The notes: a model not told the origin generated them from the sequence alone. 63,811 nucleotides of DNA, filler included, from Octopus bimaculoides (GCF_001194135.2; 5 parts of 5 records of this genome joined end to end with filler, not necessarily neighbours in it); one strand, 5' to 3'; counted from the whole stretch's first letter, positions 40,690-51,877 are shown. Made by a program: numbers and translations.

Positions 40690-41136
40690 GTAGCCCAACA
40701 TATCACAACATTTTGGAATCAGGATGACTCCACAAGTAAATTAAAAACAATCTGGGCCAAATCCAGATCCACAATCCTGAAATTTTGGATTCCCAGGTTT
40801 TCATTACTGCGATTGCTTTCAGCAATTTTTTTACGTGACTTTTTGTGACAAATTTTTTTGTACAATAACAATTTTTATAATCTAAAGGCTAACTCTGTGA
40901 GTAAATTAAAAACATTCCGGACCAAATCCAAACCTGCGATCCTGAAATTTTGGATTCCTATGTTTTCATTATTGCAATTGTTTTTGGCGATTTTTTTTTT
41001 TACATCACATTTTTGCGATGAATATGATCATCATTGGGATATGACTCTGGAGGAAGCAATTACAAAAAGTTCTCCAAAACAAATCAGAGATCTGTTTGCA
41101 AATCTTCCCATTCAGAGTCAGTTGCTTAAAAGCTAG
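40690..41136 (+). mobile_element. Helitron-derived fragment with ~165-bp tandem duplication
   Basis: HWDMTLEEAITKSSPKQIRDLFA resembles a Helitron Rep/Hel motif; ends CTAG|T at 41133-41137. Confidence 0.65.
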
Positions 41137-41179
41137 TACTAAATATTTACATGTTTGTTGAAAGAAAGGAGATACAAAC

Positions 41180-41244
41180 CTGTGAGGTAAAACTGCAGAT
41201 CCATGATAGGTAAATAATGCTTCGACAGCTACAACTTCACTGTC
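41180..41244 (-). CDS. NBAS: NBAS exon: DSEVVAVEALFTYHGSAVLPH(R)
   Basis: Acceptor gttttacag, donor gtttgt; 65 nt, phase 0-2. Carries the LFTYHGS..LPHR motif. Confidence 0.94.
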
Positions 41245-42663
41245 CTGTAAAACAACATTTTAACTTCATTATTTTTTTTTTCTCAATTACAACTGAATAC
41301 AAAAAAAACATTAGGAAGACATTTTAAAGAGCTACATGAGTTTATAAATCCAGATTAACTTCAGATTCAACATTATTCAGTGACTGAAGAAATTTATCCC
41401 TCAAAAGACAGTGGTCTATTACCAAGTAATATTCCTAGGTGATCTGAGGCATGGAAAATAAAAGTTCTAGCCAAGTACCTTTAGTGAATATGAACTAACA
41501 GCCTAGGAGTTGCAAGTTCAAATATCAGATCTTCCTATTTGTTTCACCTCTATATTATTTCCAATATAACTACAATATATTTTAAAGTTTAGTTTTCAAG
41601 TAATAGGGATGAGTTAGCTAAGAATGTAACTCTTCATAAGATAACCAAGCCAAGATATCAGCCCACCAATTTTTGTACTAGAAAGATTTAAAAAGTTGAT
41701 CATTTCAAGAACCTTTTAACAATGATGATTATGCACCAATATGTATGTGTGACTGAAAAAAGACCCCTCTACCATCATTCTAAAGTCAAAACTATCCCTT
41801 ATGGTCACCACCTTCCTGGTTGGTGCAGTTCCCTACTCTGAAGATCTGGAAGTATGAGAGACAATTTTGTTCAATAGGGAGCTGTTCAACAGTTGCTCAA
41901 ACTGCTGAAAATAGCAGCCAAAGTTCTTACAAATCACACCCTACCATCATAACTGCAATTGATGTTGTACAATAGAGTTCCAGATAAGCAAACAACATGA
42001 GTGTCAGAACTGAAACATCTTTCATCGTTGTTTTGTTTGACTATGAATGATCTAGGAATACACAGCAATGACAAAACAGGTCAAGTTTCTGCTACTTGGG
42101 AACTTGACCCTCAAGATTCCCTCAAATCACACTCTGCCATCTTCAGATAAGAAATTACACACTAAAAGGCAGCAACCTGGCAGAATTGGAACCACACCAG
42201 ACAAAATGCTTAGCAGTATTTTTTTTATTTTATGAGTTATAATGTACTCGAACACTGCATACAAGATCATTATTATTATTATTAAAATTATAACCCTATA
42301 AATATAAACAAAGGAATTCAGATAATTTTTACAAATTTTCAAACAACTTGTTTTATTCTACTTGCATCTGATTTTATTCCACATTTTTTGACTTGTATTT
42401 TGTATATTCATTCTACTTATATCTTGCATCTTCTTTAGTGTAGAAGCATTAATAGGCTACATCACAAATTGAATTGCTTTTAAAGTTCATTAATTCATTT
42501 GTCTCCATTGCTTATGATAAACACCTTGTTTATTTGAGAATGCATTAAGTAGTGTATATGGAATATTTACTTCAGCAACTTGTACATATATTTGTTCAAA
42601 GAATATGGAAAACACACAAGAAGAAAAATGTTTTGCTTTAATTGCCAGCAAACAGAATCTAAC

Positions 42664-42768
42664 CTGAGCAAATTTAATAGCCTCCTCTACTATGTTTCCT
42701 GAACGAAAAGTTTCAAAAAACACTTTATCAAAACGTTCTTGTGCAACATGGATGCCACCTAAAATAAG
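42664..42768 (-). CDS. NBAS: NBAS exon: LILGGIHVAQERFDKVFFETFRSGNIVEEAIKFAQ
   Basis: Acceptor cttttccag, donor gttaga; 105 nt, phase 0-0. Matches NBAS EILG...QRYDAEFFKKFRNQNIVLSARTYAQ. Confidence 0.94.
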
Positions 42769-43562
42769 CTGGAAAAGAAAAAGTTACATTAAAACATCCA
42801 GTCAATAAAAGTAAAACAATCACAAAATCAGCAGCAGCATCATCATTTAACCCTTTAGTATTCAGATTACTCTGTCAAGTGAATGTAATGATTGTTTATT
42901 CACAATCTGAATTAGTCATGCATTATCTTGTAACTTTGCAATTTCAATGAAATGACGTTATTTAATCACCCCATTCATTCATATAACCCATCATACTAAC
43001 ATATACTATCGTAACCTGTAACTATTAATTCTTCAAATAATCTTCAAACCATAATTCCCAAAAAATTAGTTCTCCCTTCCTGTTTCATGTTTTCGCCATT
43101 GTTCTCTAAAATTTGTATGCATTCTTGTTTTACTTTATGTCTCACTGTTGCCATATTTCTCTCCCCAACAGTAAACTGGTCATTGCTTGTTCGCGATGCA
43201 CCCACCCAACCTGCCCCCACCAACTATACCAGGAATCTTTTCTCAATACTGGAAACCCCTACAGGGCTATGCCTTGCTTCTGCACCAGAAGACTTTCATA
43301 CCTTTGTCCCTCCTTCCCCACACTACTGCATGCACCAAAAGGTGATACGTTATTGAGGAAATTATTAGTAAATTAACAAACCACCTACCCCTTTCTTCCT
43401 ATATATAATGGACTAACCAATAGCAGGTTGACTGAAGCAAGATAATAGATAAAAGACACACACAAAATGGGCTTCTATACAGTTTCCATTTAGTAAATTT
43501 CACTCAGTTTAGATAATAAAAAAGTAGAAATACTGATGTTGAATGAAAATTAAAATGTCTAC

Positions 43563-43641
43563 CTCATATGTCCTCAATCGGTACAGATACTGCAATAATT
43601 TCAGCCGAGCTCTGCAAAGTTCTTTCTGTTCTAATAACAGT
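43563..43641 (-). CDS. NBAS: NBAS exon: LLLEQKELCRARLKLLQYLYRLRTYE
   Basis: Acceptor tttcttacag, donor gtagac; 79 nt, phase 2-0. Matches NBAS LTLEQKELCRCRRKLLTYLDRLATYE. Confidence 0.95.
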
Positions 43642-44208
43642 CTGTAAGAAAAAGAAAAAAAAAAAAGAAGAATGTAGGCTTAAATTCCACTAAAATAACA
43701 GGATGGTCATGTCTAGAGTGCCTTACACTATTTTTAATACTGTCCCAAGTCCTAAGACTCATACAGCCGGTTAAGCAGTTTCAATGACATATAAATGACC
43801 AACATCACAACGTTCTTCCTAGATGGGATACCAATCTATCACAGGGTTACTCATTTACAGCTGAATAGACTGGAGCAATGTGAAATGAAGTGTTTTACTC
43901 AAGAACATAATGCACTGCCTGTCTGGGAATTGAAACCATGAGATTGCATTCATGAGTGCAAAACCCAAACCACTAAGCCACATGTCTTCACTTATACCCA
44001 TAGGTCTGTAAAATCAAGGCTGATCTAGGACTGAACAACAACTCCTTTTATAAGCACATTCCAACAAAACAAAAAACTACCTTGCAACAATTCAGTCTGA
44101 ACTATTTCATAAGTTTTTCCTATAATCATTCAGAGTGTGATAACATGAAAAGAAAGTTATAGGCATTGTCTGTCCACTTCATTTTTATTTGCTTAATAAC
44201 CTGTCTAC

Positions 44209-44287
44209 TACGTATGTCCTCATTCAGTACATATACTGCAATAGTTTCAGCTGTGCTCTGCAAAGCTCTTTCTCTTCTAATAACAGT
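44209..44287 (-). pseudogene. NBAS: Duplicated NBAS exon with in-frame TGA (LLLEEKELCRAQLKLLQYMY*MRTYV); pseudo-exon or poison exon
   Basis: 68/79 nt identical to 43563-43641. Same acceptor (ttctttttcttacag); GT donor retained at the same position. Confidence 0.85.
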
Positions 44288-44467
44288 CTGTAAGAAAAAG
44301 AACCCTTATGGCTCATCACCATTATTTTAGCGTTCTTTCTAGCTCCACCCATTCTGATGGAAGCAATAAAAGAATAGATACGTATAACTGTTTATGAACA
44401 CACATTTAAGATATAGTGTAGGGGGGAGTACACTGTGGTGGTCTTACGAAGAGAAAAGTTAGGCACA

Positions 44468-44702
44468 AGGCGGCGAGCTGGCAGAAACGTTAGCACACCG
44501 GGCGAAATGCTTAGCGGTATTTCGTCTGCCGCTACGTTCTGAGTTCAAATTCTGCCGAGGTCAACTTTGCCTTTCATCCTTTCGGGGTCTATTAAATAAG
44601 TACCAGTTACGCACTGGGGATCGATATAATCGACTTAATCCGTTTGTCTGTCCTTGTTTGTCCCCTCTGTGCATAGCCCCTTGTGAGCAATAAAGAAATA
44701 AG
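44468..44702 (+). mobile_element. tRNA-derived SINE family 1, young copy
   Basis: ggcggcgagctggcagaaacgttagc...gttcaaattc (B-box-like)...aaagaaataag; CpGs intact. Related copies at ~11340-11690(+), 36180-36440(+), 40450-40625(-), 53835-54060(+), 55085-55290(+), 55865-56080(-). Confidence 0.85.
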
Positions 44703-44960
44703 AAAAGTTAGGCATAAGAGGAATAGATGTGTGCAAGAGAAGACTGTGCATGTGATGTGTATGGATGAGACAGTTGCATTAAGAAGTGTTGATCACTTGA
44801 AGTGGATAGAACTTGTGGAAAAGGGAAATCCAGGAAGACAAGAGACAAAGTATTAAAGGTTGTTCTAAAAACACTGATCCTTATGAAGGAGATGACAAAG
44901 GACTGAGATATTTGGTACATTGCTGTTCTCAAGAAGACCCATCCACCACAGCAGAATTGA
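44703..44960 (+). mobile_element. RTE LINE ORF2 3' end
   Basis: Decayed KLGIRGI..QE.R, CIKKC, GTCGKGKSRKT and MTKD.DIW motifs typical of the RTE C-terminus. Confidence 0.75.
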
Positions 44961-44970
44961 CACCGGTGTT

Positions 44971-45503
44971 GGTGCCGCATAAATAGGACTCGCGACGGTG
45001 CCGCATAAATAGGACTCGCGACGGTGCCGCATAAATAGGACTCGCGACGGTGCCGCATAAATAGGACTCGCGACGGTGCCGCATAAATAGGACNNNNNNN
45101 NNNNNNNNNNNNNNNNNNNNNNNNNNNNNNNNNNNNNNNNNNNNNNNNNNNNNNNNNNNNNNNNNNNNNNNNNNNNNNNNNNNNNNNNNNNNNNNNNNNN
45201 NNNNNNNNNNNNNNNNNNNNNNNNNNNNNNNNNNNNNNNNNNNNNNNNNNNNNNNNNNNNNNNNNNNNNNNNNNNNNNNNNNNNNNNNNNNNNNNNNNNN
45301 NNNNNNNNNNNNNNNNNNNNNNNNNNNNNNNNNNNNNNNNNNNNNNNNNNNNNNNNNNNNNNNNNNNNNNNNNNGTGCCGCATAAATAGGACTCGCGACG
45401 GTGCCGCATAAATAGGACTCGCGACGGTGCCGCATAAATAGGACTCGCGACGGTGCCGCATAAATAGGATTCGTGACGGTTCCACATAAATAGGACCCAT
45501 GAT
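44971..45503 (+). repeat. 26-bp minisatellite (GGTGCCGCATAAATAGGACTCGCGAC)n, gap inside
   Basis: Seven exact units visible, plus a partial unit and two degenerate units, around a ~280-N gap. Confidence 0.97.
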
Positions 45504-45680
45504 GGTGCCAGGTTAAAAGCACCCAGTACACTCTGCAAAGTGGTTGGCATTAGGAAGAGTATCCAGCCATAGAAACCCTGCCAAAAGAGACAATGGAACC
45601 TGGTGCAGCCCCCAGCCTTATTTGCTCCTGTCAAACAGATCAACCCATGCCAGCACGGTAAATGGATGTTATAAGAAGAG
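45480..45680. mobile_element. RTE-tail non-autonomous repeat (also 52700-53170 and 54360-54660)
   Basis: Shared blocks aaagcacccagtacactctg, gtggttggcattaggaag, gctcctgtcaaac..tccaacccatgccagca and a (cat)n tail. Confidence 0.65.
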
Positions 45681-46262
45681 AAATGAAAATGAAGATTATA
45701 ATTTTTAGAGAATGGTAAACTGGGATGTTCAAACATGACTTTCAGAAGTATGAAATGAGTCAGGGAAATCAAAATGTTTTCATACAGGAACCAAAACCAA
45801 TTTTCAGACTTTGAGGTATTCACACCCTTCGCAGACTTACTAATAAAAAAGGGTAAAAAAACCCACTTTAAACGAAAAAAAGACAGCTAGCCAAGGTCCA
45901 CCAGAATCTGTGAGGAGAACATAAAAGGTAATCATGTCCTTAATGGATCAATATATTAAACTGATAAGAGATAGTAAACTGTTGTTAATTGATCAATTCT
46001 AAACATTTGGAAGAACTTCTAGAACTGACTAAACATACTATAGTCAGCAGTAATAACTGTCATATTTCTAAATGTTGCAGGCGACCAAACATTCTGTATA
46101 TGATGAACAAGTGTTCAACTTACACATGATAAATTTTCATAGTAACTAAAACAGTTAATACCTAAACATGATTAACTCCTGTAAGAGATAAAACAACTGC
46201 TAATAATTACAATGACATGTATAATGCTATTACATTTTTTCACAGTAAATAAAATAGGCGAT

Positions 46263-46301
<39 letters not shown>

Positions 46302-46308
46302 CACATAC

Positions 46309-46492
46309 TTTTTTTGTGGATTAAGGCTACCTTTCGTTTCATATCAAGGAACCCCTTAACAATTATCAAGCCTATCACATGGAACATTGATGTTCAATGG
46401 AGATGAAGACCAATGTTCCATGTGATAGGCTTGATAATTGTTAAGGGTTTCCTTAACATGAAATGAATGGTAGCCTTAATCCACAAATAAAG
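46309..46492. repeat. Long inverted repeat (hairpin) in an NBAS intron
   Basis: Perfect 37-bp stem 46353-46389 / 46411-46447 with a 21-nt loop; imperfect extension to about 80 bp. Confidence 0.95.
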
Positions 46493-46659
46493 AATCTTTA
46501 ACATTCATTCTCATTGAAGTAGTTGTATGTTGTCACTTAATGTGACAGTCCCTGAAGGGAATAATACTACTGTTGTTTAGACAGCATACAACTACTTCAT
46601 CGTATCACTACTGCATAAATCTCTCAGAGATTTAGAAATGTATTATTTCTAAATTCATT

Positions 46660-46703
<44 letters not shown>

Positions 46704-47292
46704 GTCATACATATATTCGTTATAGAATTAAGGATAAAATGACTTTAATGATTTTATCAAGTGGTCAGCATGTGATAAAAACCTCATAAGTAATTTCTAT
46801 TTATAATTATATACATAATTATATCAAAGGGGTTGGAAAACCTCTCCATACACTAGACATAGATGCCAGATGACACTAAAAACCACCTTATATCTCCTCT
46901 AGCACAGGTTGTAAATGGGCAAATGAAAAATAGTAAATACAATTTTCCAGTTAATTGTGTATCGGACCAATTTCGAACTAAAAGTAATAAAATACTTACT
47001 GCTCTCTTCAGCACAAATATATATATACATATTCATATGAACACCAAAGCCACATGACCATACACATACATTTGCACGTATATATACTAGTGCAACTCGA
47101 ATTTACATTTTTTATTTCAACCCCATGCTATTTATCAAAATAATATCACAGCAAATGTGATTTTGATCAGGAGCAAAAATATTTTTATTTATATTCTTTA
47201 TAGAATTAAGGATAAAATCACTTTAATGATTTTATCAAGTGGTCAGTGTGTAATAAAAACCTCATATATACATACAGTGTGTATATACTCAC

Positions 47293-47442
47293 GAACGAAA
47301 ATCTATCTGATTGAGCAATTCTTCTCTTCTTTGAAATATTTTATCTTGTCTTCTTTGAATGCAAAGTGCATTGAAAGGATCATAGTCTTCTTCATCTTCA
47401 TCACTGTCATATATTAAATCCTCATCATCACACATCACTAGT
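47293..47442 (-). CDS. NBAS: NBAS exon (acidic linker): LVMCDDEDLIYDSDEDEEDYDPFNALCIQRRQDKIFQRREELLNQIDFR(S)
   Basis: Acceptor atctttcag, donor gtgagt; 150 nt, phase 2-2; keeps frame. Ends like NBAS KRQELLKLVNFS. Confidence 0.9.
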
Positions 47443-47682
47443 CTGAAAGATAATTCAACAAATTAAGTTATAAACATATTTGGAAACAGTTTATCAGTAA
47501 AATGGATGAGATATAGTTGGTCAAATCAATAGTGTGTCAGATTACCAACCAGTCCAAAGTTAAGTGGTAGAGGTTCAAACCATTTAATAGTAAATAGATA
47601 TCATGGGAACCAGGAAATCAGAGAAAGTTCCTGCTACTTAACCCTTTAATATTCAGTTTATTCTATCAAATGTAATGCTTGT

Positions 47683-47760
47683 TTTTGAATTAATTATGCA
47701 TTATCATGTTTTGAATTAATTATGCATTATCATGTTTTGAATTAATTATGCATTATCATG
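47683..47760 (+). repeat. 3 x 26-bp tandem repeat (TTTTGAATTAATTATGCATTATCATG) within a TTAA-CCCTTT (piggyBac-like MITE) fragment
   Basis: Direct reading; the same element family also occurs at 42846-42960. Confidence 0.8.
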
Positions 47761-49079
47761 AAGCTACAAAATTTCAATGATATGACAGTTTATTTTTTAG
47801 AATGATATTGTAGGATCGGTGAGAGAGGCAATATCCGGCTCATTTGAACATAAAACAGATAGAATATTTATGGTTGGTTTAAAAGCTATGGGGTAAGCCA
47901 GTGTTTGTAATTTTAAAATTCAAAGCCAAATAATTGAAATAGGATACATATATAGTGTGTATGACAAACCAGCTTTCCCACAGTCTCTCATAAAAAAAGA
48001 AAGATTTATATAATGCAATGGCAAAGGACATGTTATAACTAATGAGTTTTTGTTAGCTTGACGTGCTGAGTTCAAACACTCTCACTGACCTGCTCTTTGT
48101 GAAAAACATTCAATTTCTCGTCTTGTTTCAACCATTCTTATCGTCTATCTATCAATGTGGATTCAGTGTGAATTAATCAGTAATACTGACTCAATCTAAA
48201 ACATCAATCATCAATAATGGCTTTATATACTTTCCCTCTAATAGGAGTCAAATAGCTTGTTTTGTTATCTATCTTCATTTTCACTGTTACAGTTAGCTCT
48301 GACTGTGAAATTTCGTTCAATTTTTTTCATTAATCAATTAATATACCACTCACCTTTCTTTATAACCTAGTAATACTGACCTAATAAAGAAATTTTTTTT
48401 AAACTTGGATTTCAACATATAGACACTAGTTGCTCAAATTGAAAGTGCATATATGAAAGATCCAATCCAACTAATTTAGTCTGATGTTTGGTAGAATCTT
48501 ATATTTACTCAATTTCCTACCATACACCGTTTCATAACAAGCATCAAGCAACCTGTAGGAAGTGAAATGATAAAACCGGTAGAGCAACAAATAAAAACAT
48601 TCTCAGGTGTTTATACCAGCTTCTTGTGTTACAAGTTTATTTCCTGACAGAGTCAACTTTACTTTTCATTCATCTGGAGTCAATACATAAAGTAGCAGTC
48701 TTGAGCAACAGACTGACAGAATCATTAGTCACAGCCTTGCAATATATTGTTCCTAAAGAGCCTATTGTGAATTTACATTCACATGCTGGACCTATGCAAA
48801 GCCATGTCATCTGGTAGTTTACCTCACCATTAAACCTAACCCTACATAAAAACACCATTACTGTTCTTTGGATTTAATGTGATGGCCTCCATTAGCATCA
48901 TCACCATCAGTGACATCATCAGTTTGTCTAGACTATGTATGGTACTCTTATCTGAGTACTCACATCAGAATACTCATATCTGTGGTACTTCATAGTCTGT
49001 GTAACACTCCAGTTAAAATTATATCAAATGGGAAACATAAACACATGATTCTGCGTCCGCCACTACATTCCTCCATGGT

Positions 49080-49366
49080 ACAAATTTAATTTGTGTATAC
49101 AAATTTAATTTGTGGTCCGTGGGAAGAGCCATTGTAACGATGCTTCCTGCCCTAACCCTTCGAAACGCCTGTGTTAGAATGGGAGCAGCTGATGAAGGAA
49201 AATGTTCTCTATGTGGCCTGTGTGTTTTCTGTACTCTGGTTATTATTATTTTTTTGTCTACGTTTTGTTTGCAACGTCCTGTACCAAGATATGCACCTAT
49301 ATATACAGGTAGATGTAGGTATGCACATACTTGTACGCATATATGCATATACTCATTTATTATTTG

Positions 49367-49370
<4 letters not shown>
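49080..49370. mobile_element. Second copy of the 10620-10820 repeat (Penelope-like terminal repeat), in an NBAS intron
   Basis: Shares gctgatgaag..aatgttctctatgtggc..gatatgcacctata..tacaggt.gatgt.ggtatgcacatac with 10650-10810. Confidence 0.6.
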
Positions 49371-49409
<39 letters not shown>

Positions 49410-49478
49410 TATGAAGACCTAGACTTATTCAACTCATATTTTAACCTAAATACATTTTAATTTCAAATTCCCATTTAC

Positions 49479-49630
49479 CTTCCTCCATCTTCTCTTTTGG
49501 CAATTGCAATCATGGCTTGTAAATCAGTTCCTTTCAGTCCATATTCCATTAGTTCTCGGAGAGCATTTATGGTATCCGGTACTCGTTCAAGGCATTCATG
49601 AAGGACCCAGGAACGTTTGCTTATTTTACG
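49479..49630 (-). CDS. NBAS: NBAS exon: RKISKRSWVLHECLERVPDTINALRELMEYGLKGTDLQAMIAIAKREDGG(R)
   Basis: Acceptor atattttag, donor gtaaat; 152 nt, phase 0-2. Carries the KRSWVLHECLERVP...YGLKGTDL motif of NBAS. Confidence 0.96.
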
Positions 49631-49799
49631 CTAAAATATAAACCATCTTTTATTAGTAGCTATCAAAAACTGACTTGCCAATACACAAACATAATGACAA
49701 TGAATAGTAAATGAGAGAAGGAAATTAAAATATCAAAAAATGTAGTAGACACTAATAGCCATAGTAAATATATTAGTAGCTATAATAAATATTAGTAGA

Positions 49800-49950
49800 C
49801 TTAGTGTGTAATGAACATGGAAAAGTAATTCAAGGCAATCCAAGCCACTACATCAAGAAGATTGCCTTAGTGCAACAAACAGATTACTGGGAAAGGCTAA
49901 AAGAGCTGAGGCTCTATTCCCTGAAAAGAAGAGACAAAAGACATGCAGTG

Positions 49951-49990
<40 letters not shown>

Positions 49991-50330
49991 GATCTTGGAA
50001 GATCTTGCACCCAGCTTTGGGAGTGAGAATTTTACCAATCACTAGAATGGATCCCACTACAAACTACCAAAGTCTCACCTTCTCTGTCCAGAGNNNNNNN
50101 NNNTAAAAAACCCAATACTGTAACAGCTTTGGTTCAAAGGCCCACAAATTTTCGATATTTTGTCAAAAGGTCTCAGAAATCTATGAGGTGTAAATGTGGA
50201 TGTATTCAAAGAACTGTTAAACAACTTTTTATATAATAAACCAGGTGAACCCACATCATGGCAAGAGACACATGGACCAATTCTGGAGACAGGACCAGAA
50301 AGTGAGTCTAAAATAAACATGCATTAACAC
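49800..50330 (+). mobile_element. CR1-type LINE 3' fragment
   Basis: YWERLKELRLYSLKRR...WKIL motif; interrupted by (AT)n. Confidence 0.8.
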
Positions 50331-51054
50331 TAATGGTAGTGCAGCCAGCATGACAAGAACTCCTGGCTAAAACTGACAATAGAAGAATAAAATAATTCAA
50401 CTTGAAAAGAGAAATGAAAAATCAATTGGAAGGAAGTCAATTATAGACAAAGTAGTTATTAATAGAAAGCACATGGCTCGGTGGTTAAAGCGTTGGGCTC
50501 ACAATCATGAGATAGTGAGTTCGATTCCAGACTGAGCTGTGTGTTGTGTTCTTGAGCAAAACACTTTATTTCATGTTGTTCCAGTTCACTCAGCTGTAGA
50601 AATGAGTTGTGACGTCACTGGTGCCAAGCTGTATCAGCCTCTGCTTTTCCTTTGGAAAACATCAGTAGCATGGAGAGGGGAGGCTGGTATGCATGGGCGA
50701 CTGCTGGTCTTCCATAAACAACCTTGACTGGATTTGTGTCTAGGAGGGAAACTATGTGCAATCCCATAGTCATTCATGACTGAAGGGAGTCTTTACACTT
50801 TAACCCTTTAGTTGTTAATAAATATTGATTAGGTCTGATGAGATAGACAATATACTATAAAGGAACTAAAAACTTGTTCTAATAGTTTCCAGCACATTTC
50901 ATCAATACCAGCAGGATCAAATGAATGAAAACAAATACAAAACAACAAAACACTGAATAAAGGCCACAAAATAAATCCTTTACTATAAAAGTATTTTGTT
51001 TTGCTTGTAAATTATATCCTATCCTGCTAACCCAAACAAGATAGAATTTATTAT

Positions 51055-51440
51055 AGGCACAGGAGTGGCTGTGTGGTAAGAAGCTTGCTTCCCAACCACA
51101 TGGTTCCGGGTTCAGTCCCATTGTGTGGCACCTTGGGCAAGTGTCTTTTACCATAACCTCAGGCCAACCAAAGCCTTATAAGTGGATTTTTTAGATGGAA
51201 ACTGAAAGAAGCCCATTGTGTGTGCGTGTGTATACAAATGTATGTATGTATTTATGTGTCTGTGCTTGACAACTGATGTTGGTGGGCTAACATCCCCATA
51301 ACTTAGTGGTTCGGCAAACGAGAACGATAGAATAAGTACTAGGCTTACAAAGAATAAGTCCTGGGGTCGATTTGTTCTACTAAAGACAGTGCTCCAGTAT
51401 AGCCACAGTCAAATGACTGAAACAAGTAAAAGAATAAAAG
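51055..51440 (+). mobile_element. tRNA-derived SINE family 2
   Basis: ggagtggctgtgtggtaag..ggttccgggttcagtccc..ggcaccttgggcaagtgtc. Related copies at 28620-28785 and 29135-29517. Confidence 0.85.
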
Positions 51441-51751
51441 AATATATATATATATAAAGCATAGATTGAATGTGTCATTGAGATATATAACGTGTTAAGT
51501 AAACAGCTACAAGGTCATCCATCACTGAAAGAAATATGCATACTCCTCCCTGTACCTCATTACATTTGCACCTCCAAAACTAACTTCAACAATAATAAAA
51601 CAAACACATTATCCAAGAGTAAATATGTCAAGCACAAGATCTGATGCAGATAACAAATATCACTTGAACATCAATTTAATAAAAATCTTATAGTAAAGTG
51701 AAGAAGGATTAATAAAGAACTGATGTTTTGGAAATTATAGGAGAGACTTAC

Positions 51752-51877
51752 CAAGTAATCTTCAATTGAAGCTATAGATACAGGGGACTTCTGCCACTGG
51801 CGTTGGTACACTAAATCACAATCCAAACCATAAGCTTTTGCAAGTGCAAGAGCTTCTCCATATTCTTCATTATCAAT
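51752..51877 (-). CDS. NBAS: NBAS exon: IDNEEYGEALALAKAYGLDCDLVYQRQWQKSPVSIASIEDYL
   Basis: Acceptor tttcacag, donor gtaagt; 126 nt, phase 0-0. Matches NBAS IESEEYEEALSLAHTYGLDTDLVYQRQWRKS. Confidence 0.96.

Noticed and set aside
44708-45823. 371-aa ORF with repeated APSRVLFMRHRRESYLCGTVASPIYA
   Set aside because: Translation of the 26-bp minisatellite plus the N gap; not a real protein.
48862-48927. Possible in-frame 66-nt acidic cassette exon (QTDDVTDGDDANGGHHIKSKE) in NBAS
   Set aside because: No polypyrimidine tract and a weak donor (ACA|gtaatg); the Asp-richness is explained by (cat)n-like sequence.
50834-50865. CTGATGA-GATAG...CTAT hairpin
   Set aside because: No GAAA or NUH follows; insufficient for a ribozyme call.
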